Shown here in pieces: positions 24,697-35,572 of a stretch of DNA of 42,434 bases. Made by a program: the position numbers and the translations under genes. This DNA is from Nemertoderma westbladi. Taxonomy: Eukaryota > Animalia > Xenacoelomorpha. The stretch spans positions 1 through 42,434 of the forward strand of contig JAUCBJ010005776.1 in assembly GCA_032718475.1 (NCBI GenBank), read 5' to 3'. A model generated the notes under the pieces. That model was not told the origin of the DNA, ran no database searches, and was given only the letters and a program-made list of their open reading frames with translations. Positions within the stretch are counted from its first letter, which is position 1. Each line of letters starts with the position of its first letter.

Positions 24697-25330
24697 CTAT
24701 GTATATATGTAACAATTCACAAAAAACAGTAATTTATAACAAAAAGTATGTACAACTGTAGTATTAGTATATTTACCATGGCAATCTTTCGTTCTGCTTT
24801 TTACCTTATTTAAAAAGATTGTGTAATTGTATACCAGCAATCAACAGACATTGTTTTCGATTTAAATAATGTCCATACCAAGTGAGATAGCAGTGACATC
24901 ATATAAATTTGTTATACTTCTTAGTTTGACATTTACGTTCTATACCACGCCCATAGCATTTAGTACTGGAAATATGTCTTAGAGTATGTTCCGTCAAAGT
25001 GCGAATTACTCTCATACACAAATCATTGCAAAGAATACCTTTATCAAGTTTCAAATAATACTTTTTTGGTTTTATACCTCTCGAAGATGATTCATCTTTA
25101 TATGTCTAAGTAATTGCGACATATTGATCAATACATGTCACGCAAGTTCCATGCTTATTAACACATATGTAATAATCAAGATGTTTTAAATTAGAATAAC
25201 AAATACTACAATTTGTGTTTATTAAAATATAAATTTTTCTTAAATAACCAAACCAAAAATAAAATGTTGATGAAATATTTAGAATATAGTTGAAAGAGTC
25301 AAGAATCATCTTCATTGTCATCAAATTCAT
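24697..25330 (-). pseudogene. RING-finger-like accessory gene, disrupted
   Basis: C-x2-C-x11-C-x3-H-x2-C-x2-C, then in the same frame past a TAG, C-x3-C (CNDLC); the frame continues ~135 codons with one further stop. Confidence 0.45.
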
Positions 25331-26435
25331 CAGTAGTTACAAGGGTTTCTTTCGAAATAATAACTATAAACAAATCCATAATTTCATAAGCATTTTTATG
25401 ATCTAATTTGATCTCAAACTTTTCACATTTATTGAGCACTATATTACCGCTATATTGTCTACTACTTAATTAATTATTTTATGTAATAACAATTAAATAA
25501 CAGCGACAAGACAGATAAATAAATATTAATAATATTAATTCTATTCTATTCATATATTTATATAGATCATTTTATATATACAACCAATCAAATAAGAACA
25601 CGTGTAACCAATAGAAAGTGAATAATAACAGTAAATGAAGCAAAATAGATCAGGCAACGGTATAACATGGATATTTGTTGCCTTTTTCTCTCGGGGTTGG
25701 ATGGAGGAGTGAGCGGTGAATTGTTGCGAATCAAGACGGTTCCATGTTCGATCCCAGTTGAATATTTTGTTATCTGAAAAATTGCGAAATTAAATTTAGC
25801 TACTGGTGAAAAATTATGGGTAGAAAGACACCTCAAATAAATATATGAAAATACTGGTTGATGAAAAATAGGGATTTGAAAAATAGTAGAAGATACCTGT
25901 AGACACCCCGAGCACCTGTAAAATAAAGGCTGGTGAATATGAAAATATTGACGCTAAGTGTAGACACCCGAGCACATGTAAAATAAAGGCTCGCGATTGG
26001 TTGGAAGGAGTAGAAAGGAAGTTCGTTGGGTGACTAATACCACCTCTAGCGGAATATACGGGAACTTGGAGAAGTTACCATGGTTACGGTTGAAATGCTG
26101 ACATCTGATTGGTTGAAATAATAACGACCACTGGTAACGGTTGAAATGGTGGTTTCTGATTGGAGGAAGGAGTAGAAATGGATGGTAATGCTATAGGAGA
26201 CCTTGAGCCAATGTCATATCTTCTTATACTAATCATAGAAACTAGTATAAAACAGTGATTTTTTTCTGCAGCATGTTTTGTAGAGCATTTTATATCACCT
26301 TTTATTAGTTTAGAGCTCGCTGGAGTTGGGCTGTATTGCCATGTCAACAAGAAGTCAAAATGATGAATAATGAGGTGACTAAAATTAATTCCTTCCCAAA
26401 TAAATACTAAAAGTAAAGAAAGGTATTTATTTAAC

Positions 26436-28910
26436 CACCATCCCCAGTTCAAACCACATCTTCACCATCCCCAGTTCCAACAACCATTCCACCTTCCCCA
26501 GTTCCAACAACCACTCCACCTTCCCCAGTTCCAACAACTATTCCACCTTCCCCCGTTCCAGCAACCATTCGACCTTCCCAGATCCAGCAACCATTCCACC
26601 TTCCCCAGTTCCAGCAACCATTCCACCTTCCCCAGTTCCAACAACCACTCCACCTTCCCCAGTTCCAACAACCACTCCACCTTCCCCAGTTCCAACCACG
26701 TCTCTACCTTCCCCAGTTCCAACAACCACTCCACCTTCCCCAGTTCCAACCACGTCTCCACCTTCCCCAGTTCCAACAACCACTCCACCTTCCCAATTCC
26801 AACAACCATTCCACCTTCCCCAGTTCCAACAACCATTTCACCTTCCCCAGTTCCAGCAACCATTCCACCTTCCCAAGTTCCAACAACCATTCCACCTTTC
26901 CCAGTTCCAGCAACCATTCCACCTTCCCCAGTTCCAACAACCATTCCACCTTCCCCAGTTCCAACAACCACTACACATTCCCCAGTTCCAACAACCATTC
27001 CACCTTCCCCAGTTCCAACAACCATTCCACCTTCCCCAGTCCCAGCAACCATTCCAACTTCCCCAGTTCCAACAACCATTCCACCTTTCCCAGTTCCAGC
27101 AACCATTCCACCTTCCCCAGTTCCAACAACCGTTCCACCTTCCCCAGTTCCAACAACCATTCCACGTTCCCCAGTTCCAACAACCACTCCACCTTCCCCA
27201 GTTCCAACAACCACTCCACCTTCTTCGGTTCCGAGAACAATTCCACCTCCCCCAGTTCCAACCACATCTCCACCTTCCCCAGTTCCAACCACATCTCCAC
27301 CTTCCCCAGTTCCAACAACCACTCCACCTTTCCCAGTTCCAACTACATCTCCTCCTTCCCCAGTTCCAACAACCATTCCACCTTCCCCAGTTCCAACAAC
27401 CACTCCACCTTCCCCAGTTCCAACAACCACTCCACCTTCTTCGGTTCCGACAACAATTCCACCTCCCCCAGTTCCAACCACATCTCCACCTTCCCCAGTT
27501 CCAACCACATATCCACCTTCCCCAGTTCCAACAACCACTCCACCTTCCCCAGTTCCAACAACAATTCCACCTTCCCCAGTTCCAACAACCATTCCACCTT
27601 CCCCAGTTCCAACAACCATTCCACATTCCCCAGTTCGAACAACCATTTCACCTTCCCCAGTTCCAACAACCATTCCACCTTCCCCAGTTCCAGCAACCAG
27701 TCCACCTCACCCAGTTCCAGCAACCATTCCACCTTCCCCAGTTCCAACAACCACTCCACCTTCCCCAGTTCCAACAACCACTCCACCTTCCCCAGTTCCA
27801 ACCACGTCTCTACCTTCCCCAGTTCCAACAACCACTCCACCTTCCCCAGTTCCAACAACCATTCCACCTTCCCCAGTTCCAACAACCACTCCACCTTCCC
27901 CAGTTCCAACAACCATTCCACCTTCCCCAGTTCCAACAACCATTTCACCTTCCCCAGTTCCAGCAACCATTCCACCTTCCCCAGTTCCAACAACCATTCC
28001 ACCTTTCCCAGTTCCAGCAACCATTCCACCTTCCCCAGTTCCAACAACCATTCCACCTTCCCCAGTTCCAACAACCACTCCACCTTCTCCAGTTCCAACA
28101 ACCATTCCACCTTCCCCAGTTCCAACAACCATTCCACCTTCCCCAGTCCCAGCAACCATTCCAACTTCCCCAGTTCCAACAACCATTCCACCTTTCCCAG
28201 TTCCAGCAACCATTCCACCTTCCCCAGTTCCAACAACCGTTCCACCTTCCCCAGTTCCAACAACCATTCCACCTTCCCCAGTTCCAACAACCACTCCACA
28301 TTCCCCAGATCCAACAACCACTCCACCTTCTTCGGTTCTGACAACAATTCCACCTCCCCCAGTTCCAACCACATCTCCACCTTCCCCAGTTCCAACCACA
28401 TCTCCACCTTCCCCAGTTCCAACAACCACTCCACCTTTCCCCGTTCCAACTACATCTCCTCCTTCCCCAGTTCCAACAACCATTCCACCTTCCCCAGTTC
28501 CAACAACCACTCCACCTTCCCCAGTTCCAACAACCACTCCACCTTCTTCGGTTCCGACAACAATTCCACCTCCCCCAGTTCCCACCACATCTCCACCTTC
28601 CCCAGTTCCAACCACATATCCACCTTCCCCAGTTCCAATAACCATTCCACCTTCCCCAGTTCCAACAACCATTCCACCTTCCCCAGTTCCAACAACCGTT
28701 CCACATTCCTCAGTTCCAACAACCATTTCACCTTCCCCAGTTCCAACAACCATTCCACCTTCCCCAGTTCCAGCAACCATTCCACCTTCCCCAGTTCCAA
28801 CAACCATTCCACCTTCCCCAGTTCCAACAACCATTCCACCTTCCCCAGTTCCAACAACCATTCCACTTTCCACAGTTCCAACAACCATTCCACCTCCCCC
28901 AGTTCCAACA
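26436..28910. repeat. 27-bp coding-type tandem repeat (~90 copies) with higher-order structure
   Basis: Unit ccagttccaacaaccattccaccttcc; variant blocks recur at ~1.1-kb spacing. Confidence 0.95.
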
Positions 28911-29093
28911 AGAGCTCCATCTTCTTCACCTTCCGCTTCCCCAGTACCAAACACTACATCACCCACCCCAGGCCCGCGTCCAACTACTCCATCTGTCCCA
29001 GTTCCTATTTCTCCTTCTGATGTAATAACAAATCCAAAAAACGTATCCAGATGCTCTTCCTCGTCATTATTGTCAAACTCCATTTCCCCTTAA
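26796..29093 (+). CDS. Mucin/extensin-like Pro-Thr-Ser repeat frame (PVPTTIPPS)n, lacking an in-frame ATG; probable decayed gene starting near 26273
   Basis: Stop-free + frame ending ...PVPTRAPSSSPSASPVPNTTSPTPGPRPTTPSVPVPISPSDVITNPKNVSRCSSSSLLSNSISP* at 29093; the non-repetitive tail keeps the PTS composition. Confidence 0.5.
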   Translation: MPTTIPPSPVPTTISPSPVPATIPPSQVPTTIPPFPVPATIPPSPVPTTIPPSPVPTTTTHSPVPTTIPPSPVPTTIPPSPVPATIPTSPVPTTIPPFPVPATIPPSPVPTTVPPSPVPTTIPRSPVPTTTPPSPVPTTTPPSSVPRTIPPPPVPTTSPPSPVPTTSPPSPVPTTTPPFPVPTTSPPSPVPTTIPPSPVPTTTPPSPVPTTTPPSSVPTTIPPPPVPTTSPPSPVPTTYPPSPVPTTTPPSPVPTTIPPSPVPTTIPPSPVPTTIPHSPVRTTISPSPVPTTIPPSPVPATSPPHPVPATIPPSPVPTTTPPSPVPTTTPPSPVPTTSLPSPVPTTTPPSPVPTTIPPSPVPTTTPPSPVPTTIPPSPVPTTISPSPVPATIPPSPVPTTIPPFPVPATIPPSPVPTTIPPSPVPTTTPPSPVPTTIPPSPVPTTIPPSPVPATIPTSPVPTTIPPFPVPATIPPSPVPTTVPPSPVPTTIPPSPVPTTTPHSPDPTTTPPSSVLTTIPPPPVPTTSPPSPVPTTSPPSPVPTTTPPFPVPTTSPPSPVPTTIPPSPVPTTTPPSPVPTTTPPSSVPTTIPPPPVPTTSPPSPVPTTYPPSPVPITIPPSPVPTTIPPSPVPTTVPHSSVPTTISPSPVPTTIPPSPVPATIPPSPVPTTIPPSPVPTTIPPSPVPTTIPLSTVPTTIPPPPVPTRAPSSSPSASPVPNTTSPTPGPRPTTPSVPVPISPSDVITNPKNVSRCSSSSLLSNSISP

Positions 29094-29974
29094 AACTTAC
29101 AAGACTGTTAGTACATTGTTGGTTGTAATAAAGAGTAAAATTCCTAACAAAAATCAATATAACTAGATAGGATAAATTAATTTGCGCCAGGTCAAATTAA
29201 AATAAATAACAAAAATGAATTTCCCGCCAGACAGAGTTACCTTTAAGTAATGTAAATAAATATTATTAAATGACAAAGTATATTACTTCTGATTGGTCAA
29301 TTCCTTAAATAATTGATTGGCTTAAAAGTAAAGCGCAAGGCAAAAAACCCTAACTCAAGGATAGGGTTATTTGGTCGACAGAGTTAACAAGCCGAAGCAC
29401 CCTATATGGTCGAGGAACACCCCACTTTCCTTAGTTCCATTGAAAAGAGCGTGTCAAGTTACCCCAATTGGTCAAATAAATTATTTTTGAAAATTTTGAG
29501 ATAGGGTGTATTGCCAAACAACGGCAGCATACATAAGCAAAATATTCCAGAATACAGTGTATTTATCTGTTTATTAAATGGAATAAAATAGCCTAGAGCA
29601 GTGGCGCAGAAGCAAAACCACACAACCGTCGAAAAACCAGCCCTGCTATTTTTCAAAGAAATTTAGATTGTTACTGTGTTACAAATTTGGAATTCTTGCA
29701 TGGCAGCTTTCCATCAGTACCAACAAATCACAATATCGTTGAAGAATGACTGCGGTGTAACTGGTGCAAATCAACGGATACACTTATTTAAAACGGGGGG
29801 GGGGGGGGGGGGGGTCCGCCCGCAGGTTCTTGAATAAGGACACTATATTCCTCCACTACAATCCTCATACTCATAGTGATAGTTTTCCGCCATGATCCAA
29901 TCTTAATGTAATATACAAGTGGTACATTTGCAATTTTAATCTAAATAGTGTATTTCAAGTATTATGAACACTAT

Positions 29975-30310
29975 TCAGCTATTGGTACCGGTACCAGTAC
30001 TATTGAGTACCTCAATCCTCGGTTTCTCATTAGGTATGGTACTGATGACAAAGTTTTCTTCGTTAATCTCATCTTCACTTTCGCTATCCGTTACACCGTC
30101 TTCTGATTGTTCATCACTAGTTGGTACGCCGTCTATTACTCTACAAATCTCGATAGGTACCACAGCAATATCCATCTCTATCAAGTTTTCTCCTGGTTTC
30201 AAGTTTTCCAAACTTTCTATTTCCAGGGCCTCTTGTGCTTTTTCTGAATTTACATTTTGTAGAAATGCTTTAACATGAGCTAAAACTGCATTATCGGAAG
30301 ACATTTTCAA
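29975..30310 (-). CDS. Hypothetical acidic protein or exon
   Basis: Protein-like composition with an acidic tract (SDEQSEDGVTDSESEDEINEE); no family recognised. Confidence 0.3.
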   Translation of the reverse strand: MKMSSDNAVLAHVKAFLQNVNSEKAQEALEIESLENLKPGENLIEMDIAVVPIEICRVIDGVPTSDEQSEDGVTDSESEDEINEENFVISTIPNEKPRIEVLNSTGTGTNS

Positions 30311-31210
30311 ATCTTCTACTTGTTCATTATCTGATTATGCCTGTTATCACTCTATTTACTGATTTATTACAGTACAGACTGACAGTAGTAGGGCTATATA
30401 CTGTTATCGATATACCGGTACCGGTACTACAGTACGGCTGCACGGCACGGTACTACAAATCTGCAAATAGTATCTGGGACCTGGCAGCCTGGGTATCAGG
30501 CAGTCAGGGTATGGCTGTTTGGTAGTATAGGCAGATAGCTGGATAGGGATACCTACCTACTGCCTACAGACCTCTGGTCCTACAGGTCTGCAGGCGCTAT
30601 AAGCAGACTAATAATGAATAAGGCAGTACTGCAGTAAGGCTAAGCTGCTAAGTGCAGAAGTGCACAGACAGATATAGGCCTAGGCCTACTGCTGTACTGA
30701 TATATGTATGTCAGATTGTCAGTGTAGCACAATAGCATGTAGCCATGTACGGTACTGATGTAGGCCTACTTATAGTTTGTATATCATCCAGTCATTAGTC
30801 ATAGGCCTACCACTGTACCACTACCAGTCTGCCAGTACCGCAGTCGCACTCGCAGCGCAGTATACTCACTGCAGTAGGCCTACTGGTATATGCTACTGCT
30901 GTACTGGAATAGTCCAGTCAGCCAGTAGCCTGGTAGCAGTAGTCCCATTTTTAATGATATATGCTAGTCTGCTAGTTAACGGTCAGGTCTGACGATGTCT
31001 CAGACTGTACCGGAACCGGTACCGTTCTGCCGTTCAGACCGTTACATTACTGTAATCTTGTAGGCCTAATACTGTAATAACATTAACATTTTGTTAACAC
31101 TGAAACTGGAAACAGTAGGCTAAACAATGACAAAAATAGCCTACAGTAATATGCAATACAGCAATATGAAATCAACCAGTATATTACAGTAGGCCTATTA
31201 TACATATATA

Positions 31211-32888
31211 GTATAACTTTTGCGTAGAGGTATAGCCTACATAGACTGATAGAGGCTACGTAGGTATGTGTAGCCTACATGTAGATGCACGTGTAGGGTG
31301 AATGTAGGTAGGTCTTTAAAAACAACAATGATGAATGAATAGGCCTACACGGGGTACCCGGACACGAACTTCCTCGATGAGATGCGAATGCGGCGAACGG
31401 GGGTGGTACCCGGAACAACCACGAAGAGACGCGCATATGTCGGGCGGTGGTACCCGAAACAACCAGGCAGCCATGGAGGAGATGCGAATACGTTGAATGG
31501 GGGTCCCCTGAATACCCACGAGACGGAGCCTATCAATACTACAGTACTGACAAAGGAAAAAACGACTGAACGATATACCGACACATACTGTAGATCTTAT
31601 GATCCTGCGGGTTCAGGCATGGAGGCTAATGACTTTGTATGGGCCGAACGGCCGAACCTGATGTTTCCAGTCAAGGAGGAATCGACTAACGGTTAGGGTT
31701 AGAGCTCGTCGTCGGTGTCAATGAGGGTCTGAGGATGAGTGGGTAATTCAACAAAACGCTAACAATGATACCGGACTGACTGATTGAACCAGAGTGGCGA
31801 TGGTAGTCGCTGATGTATATATATTATATATATCATGTATTGATTCTGATTGTTAGTAGATATTTTTTTATATTATTTGTTTATTAAATTGTCTTCAATG
31901 TCTATATTGATAATATTGTGTGCTGTGCTGATTTTACTTATTTTTCATTTTATAAATCTTGCTGTGGCCGCGTTTTAATCTACTAAACTGCCGTATCAAT
32001 TTCATGATATTTTAATGGATATGCAATTTAACTTCTTCTTTCTATTAACTTTCAATGCAATCAAATATAACTGTAAAGCTATTGACTTTCGTGTTATTGT
32101 TTTGCTGTTACTTCGAGATGGGATTTGAATCCCATCGGATTACTGATTAATTCCCATCATCGAGATGGGAATACTTTATAATGAAACAGTGTGGTGGTCC
32201 GCGGGATAGTGGGAAGGGATGGGACTGTTGCTGGTTGGTGGAATGTGACTGTCTGAAAAATTAAAACAAACAAAACAAACAAAACTTCCAGACTTCTATA
32301 TTTTTACTTTCAAAACAAAACGTCCAAAACATTTCAATGCTGAAGTACTGTTCAAGTCCCATGGATGTATGGTTGATAAACAGATAAAGAGGGGCAGAGG
32401 GGGGTCAGGGTTTCTGGTAGACTATAGTCCCCGCGATGATGGCTGTTCTTATTTAGGTTACTCTTACTCAATAAACATATAAATCAGAACGAGTTAATCT
32501 AATGGAACGATGCCTTTCGTGGCGTTAGCATACTCAAATTTATTAGGGCATAATATTTATGACGAGTAAGGGACTTTAGTATAATCAGAACGCGATGTTT
32601 GATATTTATACAGTACTGCAGTATGCAGTAAAACCTGTTGTCTGACAGCAGACAGGTCTGCAGGTTGATGTACCGTATTGTACCGTGGAGATCAGAGATT
32701 ATTGCCATACATCCTGATTGACGACCGTGTATCACGTTACTGCAAGTTGACACATAAATTACATTAATATCTATGGGACTACACCTACCTGACCTACCTA
32801 CATTCACCCTACACGTGCATCTACATGTAGGCTACATATACCTACATGAAGCCTCTATGTAGGCTATACCTCTACGCAAAAGATATAC
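31211..32888. mobile_element. Non-autonomous element with ~100-bp terminal inverted repeats
   Basis: 31211-31314 (cttttgcgtagaggtatagcctacat...gtgaatgtaggtaggtc) is the near reverse complement of 32791-32888. Confidence 0.7.
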
Positions 32889-32999
32889 CCGTATTATACT
32901 GATAGCAGCATAGAGCTGTAGAGGCTACCTACAGACTGACAGAGGCTACCTCAGTAGGCCTACTGCAGTACCGCCAACCGGCCCTGGTTTATTTCACTA

Positions 33000-33420
33000 T
33001 TTCTACAAAATTCAAATTTCCCGCTGCCTAATGCTGATTGGTTAGGCCAGGGCCTACCATAATTAATCTTCAAATAGGTCACCATGCCAGGTCCAAATAT
33101 AAAAAACGGCCTCCGTGGAGTTAATCGATTTAGAAATAATTCAGGTACCTTCATACCAAATATCAGAAACATTGGTTGTGGTCCCTATGACAAGATAACA
33201 TTTGCCTAAAACCGTGCAAAAATACTGTTAATATAGCGCTCGCATTGCACAAATACCATCTCGAAACCCAATTATCTGTATGATCTGTCTTCAGGCCTAT
33301 ATCTAACGCTTGTACAAATTTCGTTTCGATTGATTCATAAAAAACGGAGATATCGCTCTTGACAGACAGACACACAAACATAATATACACCACACAGCCC
33401 ACACACATAGGCCTACACCT
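33000..33420. repeat. Probable interspersed repeat with gacagacaga/(ca)n tail
   Basis: Ends in gacagacagacacacaaaca...; general layout like helentron/DINE-type short elements; only one copy visible. Confidence 0.3.
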
Positions 33421-33984
33421 ACGCTACACAGGACGGTAATAATGGTCACTTTATGTCATTAGGAACGTGAACCATAATAGTAGGTAAACCGACTTTTTTA
33501 AAGTACATACAGTATGTGACTACTACTACTACAAGGTCGAGCGAACTCGGACAGTGGAAATGAGATCCTTCCAGGCTTCCCGATTCTCCATAGTTGTCGC
33601 AATTTCGTTTCTCCCAAGTTCAGTATCCCTTTCAAGTTGATCTATACTGTATATGTTATGGCCAGTCGTCCACGACTACGCTTTCCATGAGTTGGTTGCC
33701 AGAGAAGTAGATCTGGTATGACCTACTTTCCTTTAAAATGTACCATGCTAAATGGTGAAATCTTATCGACATTAAATATTCGCCAAAATTTAATAATAAT
33801 TAATAATATGTTAAAATAGGCTGAAACGACACCACAATTGGTAATATGCAAACCAGGCTCCAGATCATTTGGAATTGTCCATAAACGCTATTTAAAATTT
33901 TGAACGGAAGTTTGTTTTTTCAGTGTAGTACATATTGTCGATAATCGATTACAACATGACATATCAAAACACTCATTTTATAGC

Positions 33985-34926
33985 CAAAAACAATTACCAA
34001 TTGATGGAAAGGAGCAGGTTAAGGCCGGATTTTCTAACCAAAACAATAAATAGTCACTTTACCAAATGAAGGAAAGGAGCAGGTTACAGAGGCGGGCCTT
34101 TCTAACCAAAACAATAAAGGATCATTCAACAAATTGAGGGAAAGGAGCGGGTTACAGAGGCGGGATTTTCTAACCAAAACAATAAACAGTCACTTTACCA
34201 AATCAGGGAAAGGAGCAGGTTACAGAGACGGGATTTTCTAACCAAAACAATAAGCGATAACATTACCAATTGAGAGAAAGGAGCAGGTTACAGAGGCGAG
34301 ATTTTCTAACCAAAACAATAAACAGTCACTTTACCAAATCAGGGAAAGGAGCAGGTTACAGGGGCGGGCCTTTCTAACCAAAACAATAAACGGTCACTTT
34401 ACCAAATTAGGGAAAGGAGCATGGTACAGAGGCAGGATTGTCGATCATTCAACTAATTGAGGGAAAGGAGCGGGTTATAGAGGCGGGATTTTCTAACCAA
34501 AACAATAAACAGTCACTTTACCAAATCAGGGAAAGGAGCAGGTTACAGAGGCGGGCCTTTCTAACCAAAACAATAAAGGATCATTCAACAAATTGAGGGA
34601 AAGGAGCGGGTTACAGAGGCGGGATTTTCTAACCAAAACAATAAACAGTCACTTTACCAAATCAGGGAAAGGAGCAGGTTACAGAGACGGGATTTTCTAA
34701 CCAAAACAATAAACGATAACATTACCAATTGAGAGAAAGGAGCAGGTTACAGAGGCGAGATTTTCTAACCAAAACAATAAACAGTCACTTTACCAAATCA
34801 GGGAAAGGAGCAGGTTACAGGGGCGGGCCTTTCTAACCAAAACAATAAACGGTCACTTTACCAAATTAGGGAAAGGAGCATGGTACAGAGGCAGGATTGT
34901 CTAACCAAAACAATAAATAAACAATA
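33985..34926. repeat. ~68-bp satellite (~13 copies) with 459-bp higher-order duplication
   Basis: Unit agggaaaggagcaggttacagaggcgggattttctaaccaaaacaataaacagtcactttaccaaatc; diagnostic variant atggtacagaggcagg at 34421 and 34880. Confidence 0.95.
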
Positions 34927-35489
34927 AATGTCATGAACATAACAATAAACTATGTAAAACCGGTACCGGTACCGGTACTAAAATTCTGAAATTACCGTAA
35001 TTAATAAATTACCTTTATCATTATTATTATTATATTATGTGGGTGGAGACACCGCTGTCATAGAAGCGTATAAACAAAACTGCACATAATAAAACAGCAG
35101 AAAGTTGAACAGTGAATAAAACAAAACGAAGTATAGTATGGACTACTTTATCACAATTCAGCAATTAGGCCTATTATATTTACAACTGTACATATCACAG
35201 AATCAGTGAGTCAATACCTAATGCTGTAATGTAGTATAATACAGTCAGACATTATAATTATTTCTAAGGCATATGCTTTATAGTTTATACCTACATACAA
35301 TGCAATACTGCAAAATAGTGCTCTATATATACTAATACCGGTACTTATAGCCTAATAGAACAGCAGTAGAGAAACCGGTAGCAAGGAACCCAACGGTAGA
35401 TTTGTGGAGGACATAAAAAGTAAAAAAAAAAGGACATACAGTAAAAGTAAAAAAAAAGGACAAAAAAAGGATTTAAACGGACAAGAAAA

Positions 35490-35572
35490 ATTATTGCGTA
35501 AAAATACACTTTCCACTGTGGCTCGAAAGAACTTAGTCTTCAGGTGCCTGGAGAGATCTGATTTCCAGGTGG
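35490..35572 (-). pseudogene. Distal piece of the RTE-like LINE ORF, displaced by the insertion
   Basis: Encodes TWKSDLSRHLKTKFFRATVESVFL, the direct continuation of KAWVALSKMDATWK at 38447. Confidence 0.85.

Larger units (their letters stand above)
16194..25450 (-). mobile_element. Degenerate Maverick/Polinton (adintovirus-like) endogenous viral element; right boundary uncertain
   Basis: AGTAGT start at 16194 typical of Polinton termini, followed by a co-oriented set of hallmark genes: integrase, packaging ATPase, major and minor capsid, cysteine protease. Confidence 0.9.

Noticed and set aside
26462-29083. Minus-strand ORFs (GMVVGTGEG, WNGCWNWGR, LELGKVEWL repeats)
   Set aside because: Interpreted as antisense shadows of the + strand PTS repeat; all three minus frames contain stops. 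A minus-strand Gly-rich product is not strictly excluded.
31345-31525. CRISPR-like repeat-spacer look
   Set aside because: Repeats are degenerate, spacers partly related, no cas genes, eukaryotic context.
31693-31704. ttagggttag telomeric seed
   Set aside because: Under two units; expected by chance.
33518-33532. actactactact as the right Maverick terminus
   Set aside because: Adjacent sequence is not the reverse complement of 16194 onward and no matching 6-bp TSD follows.
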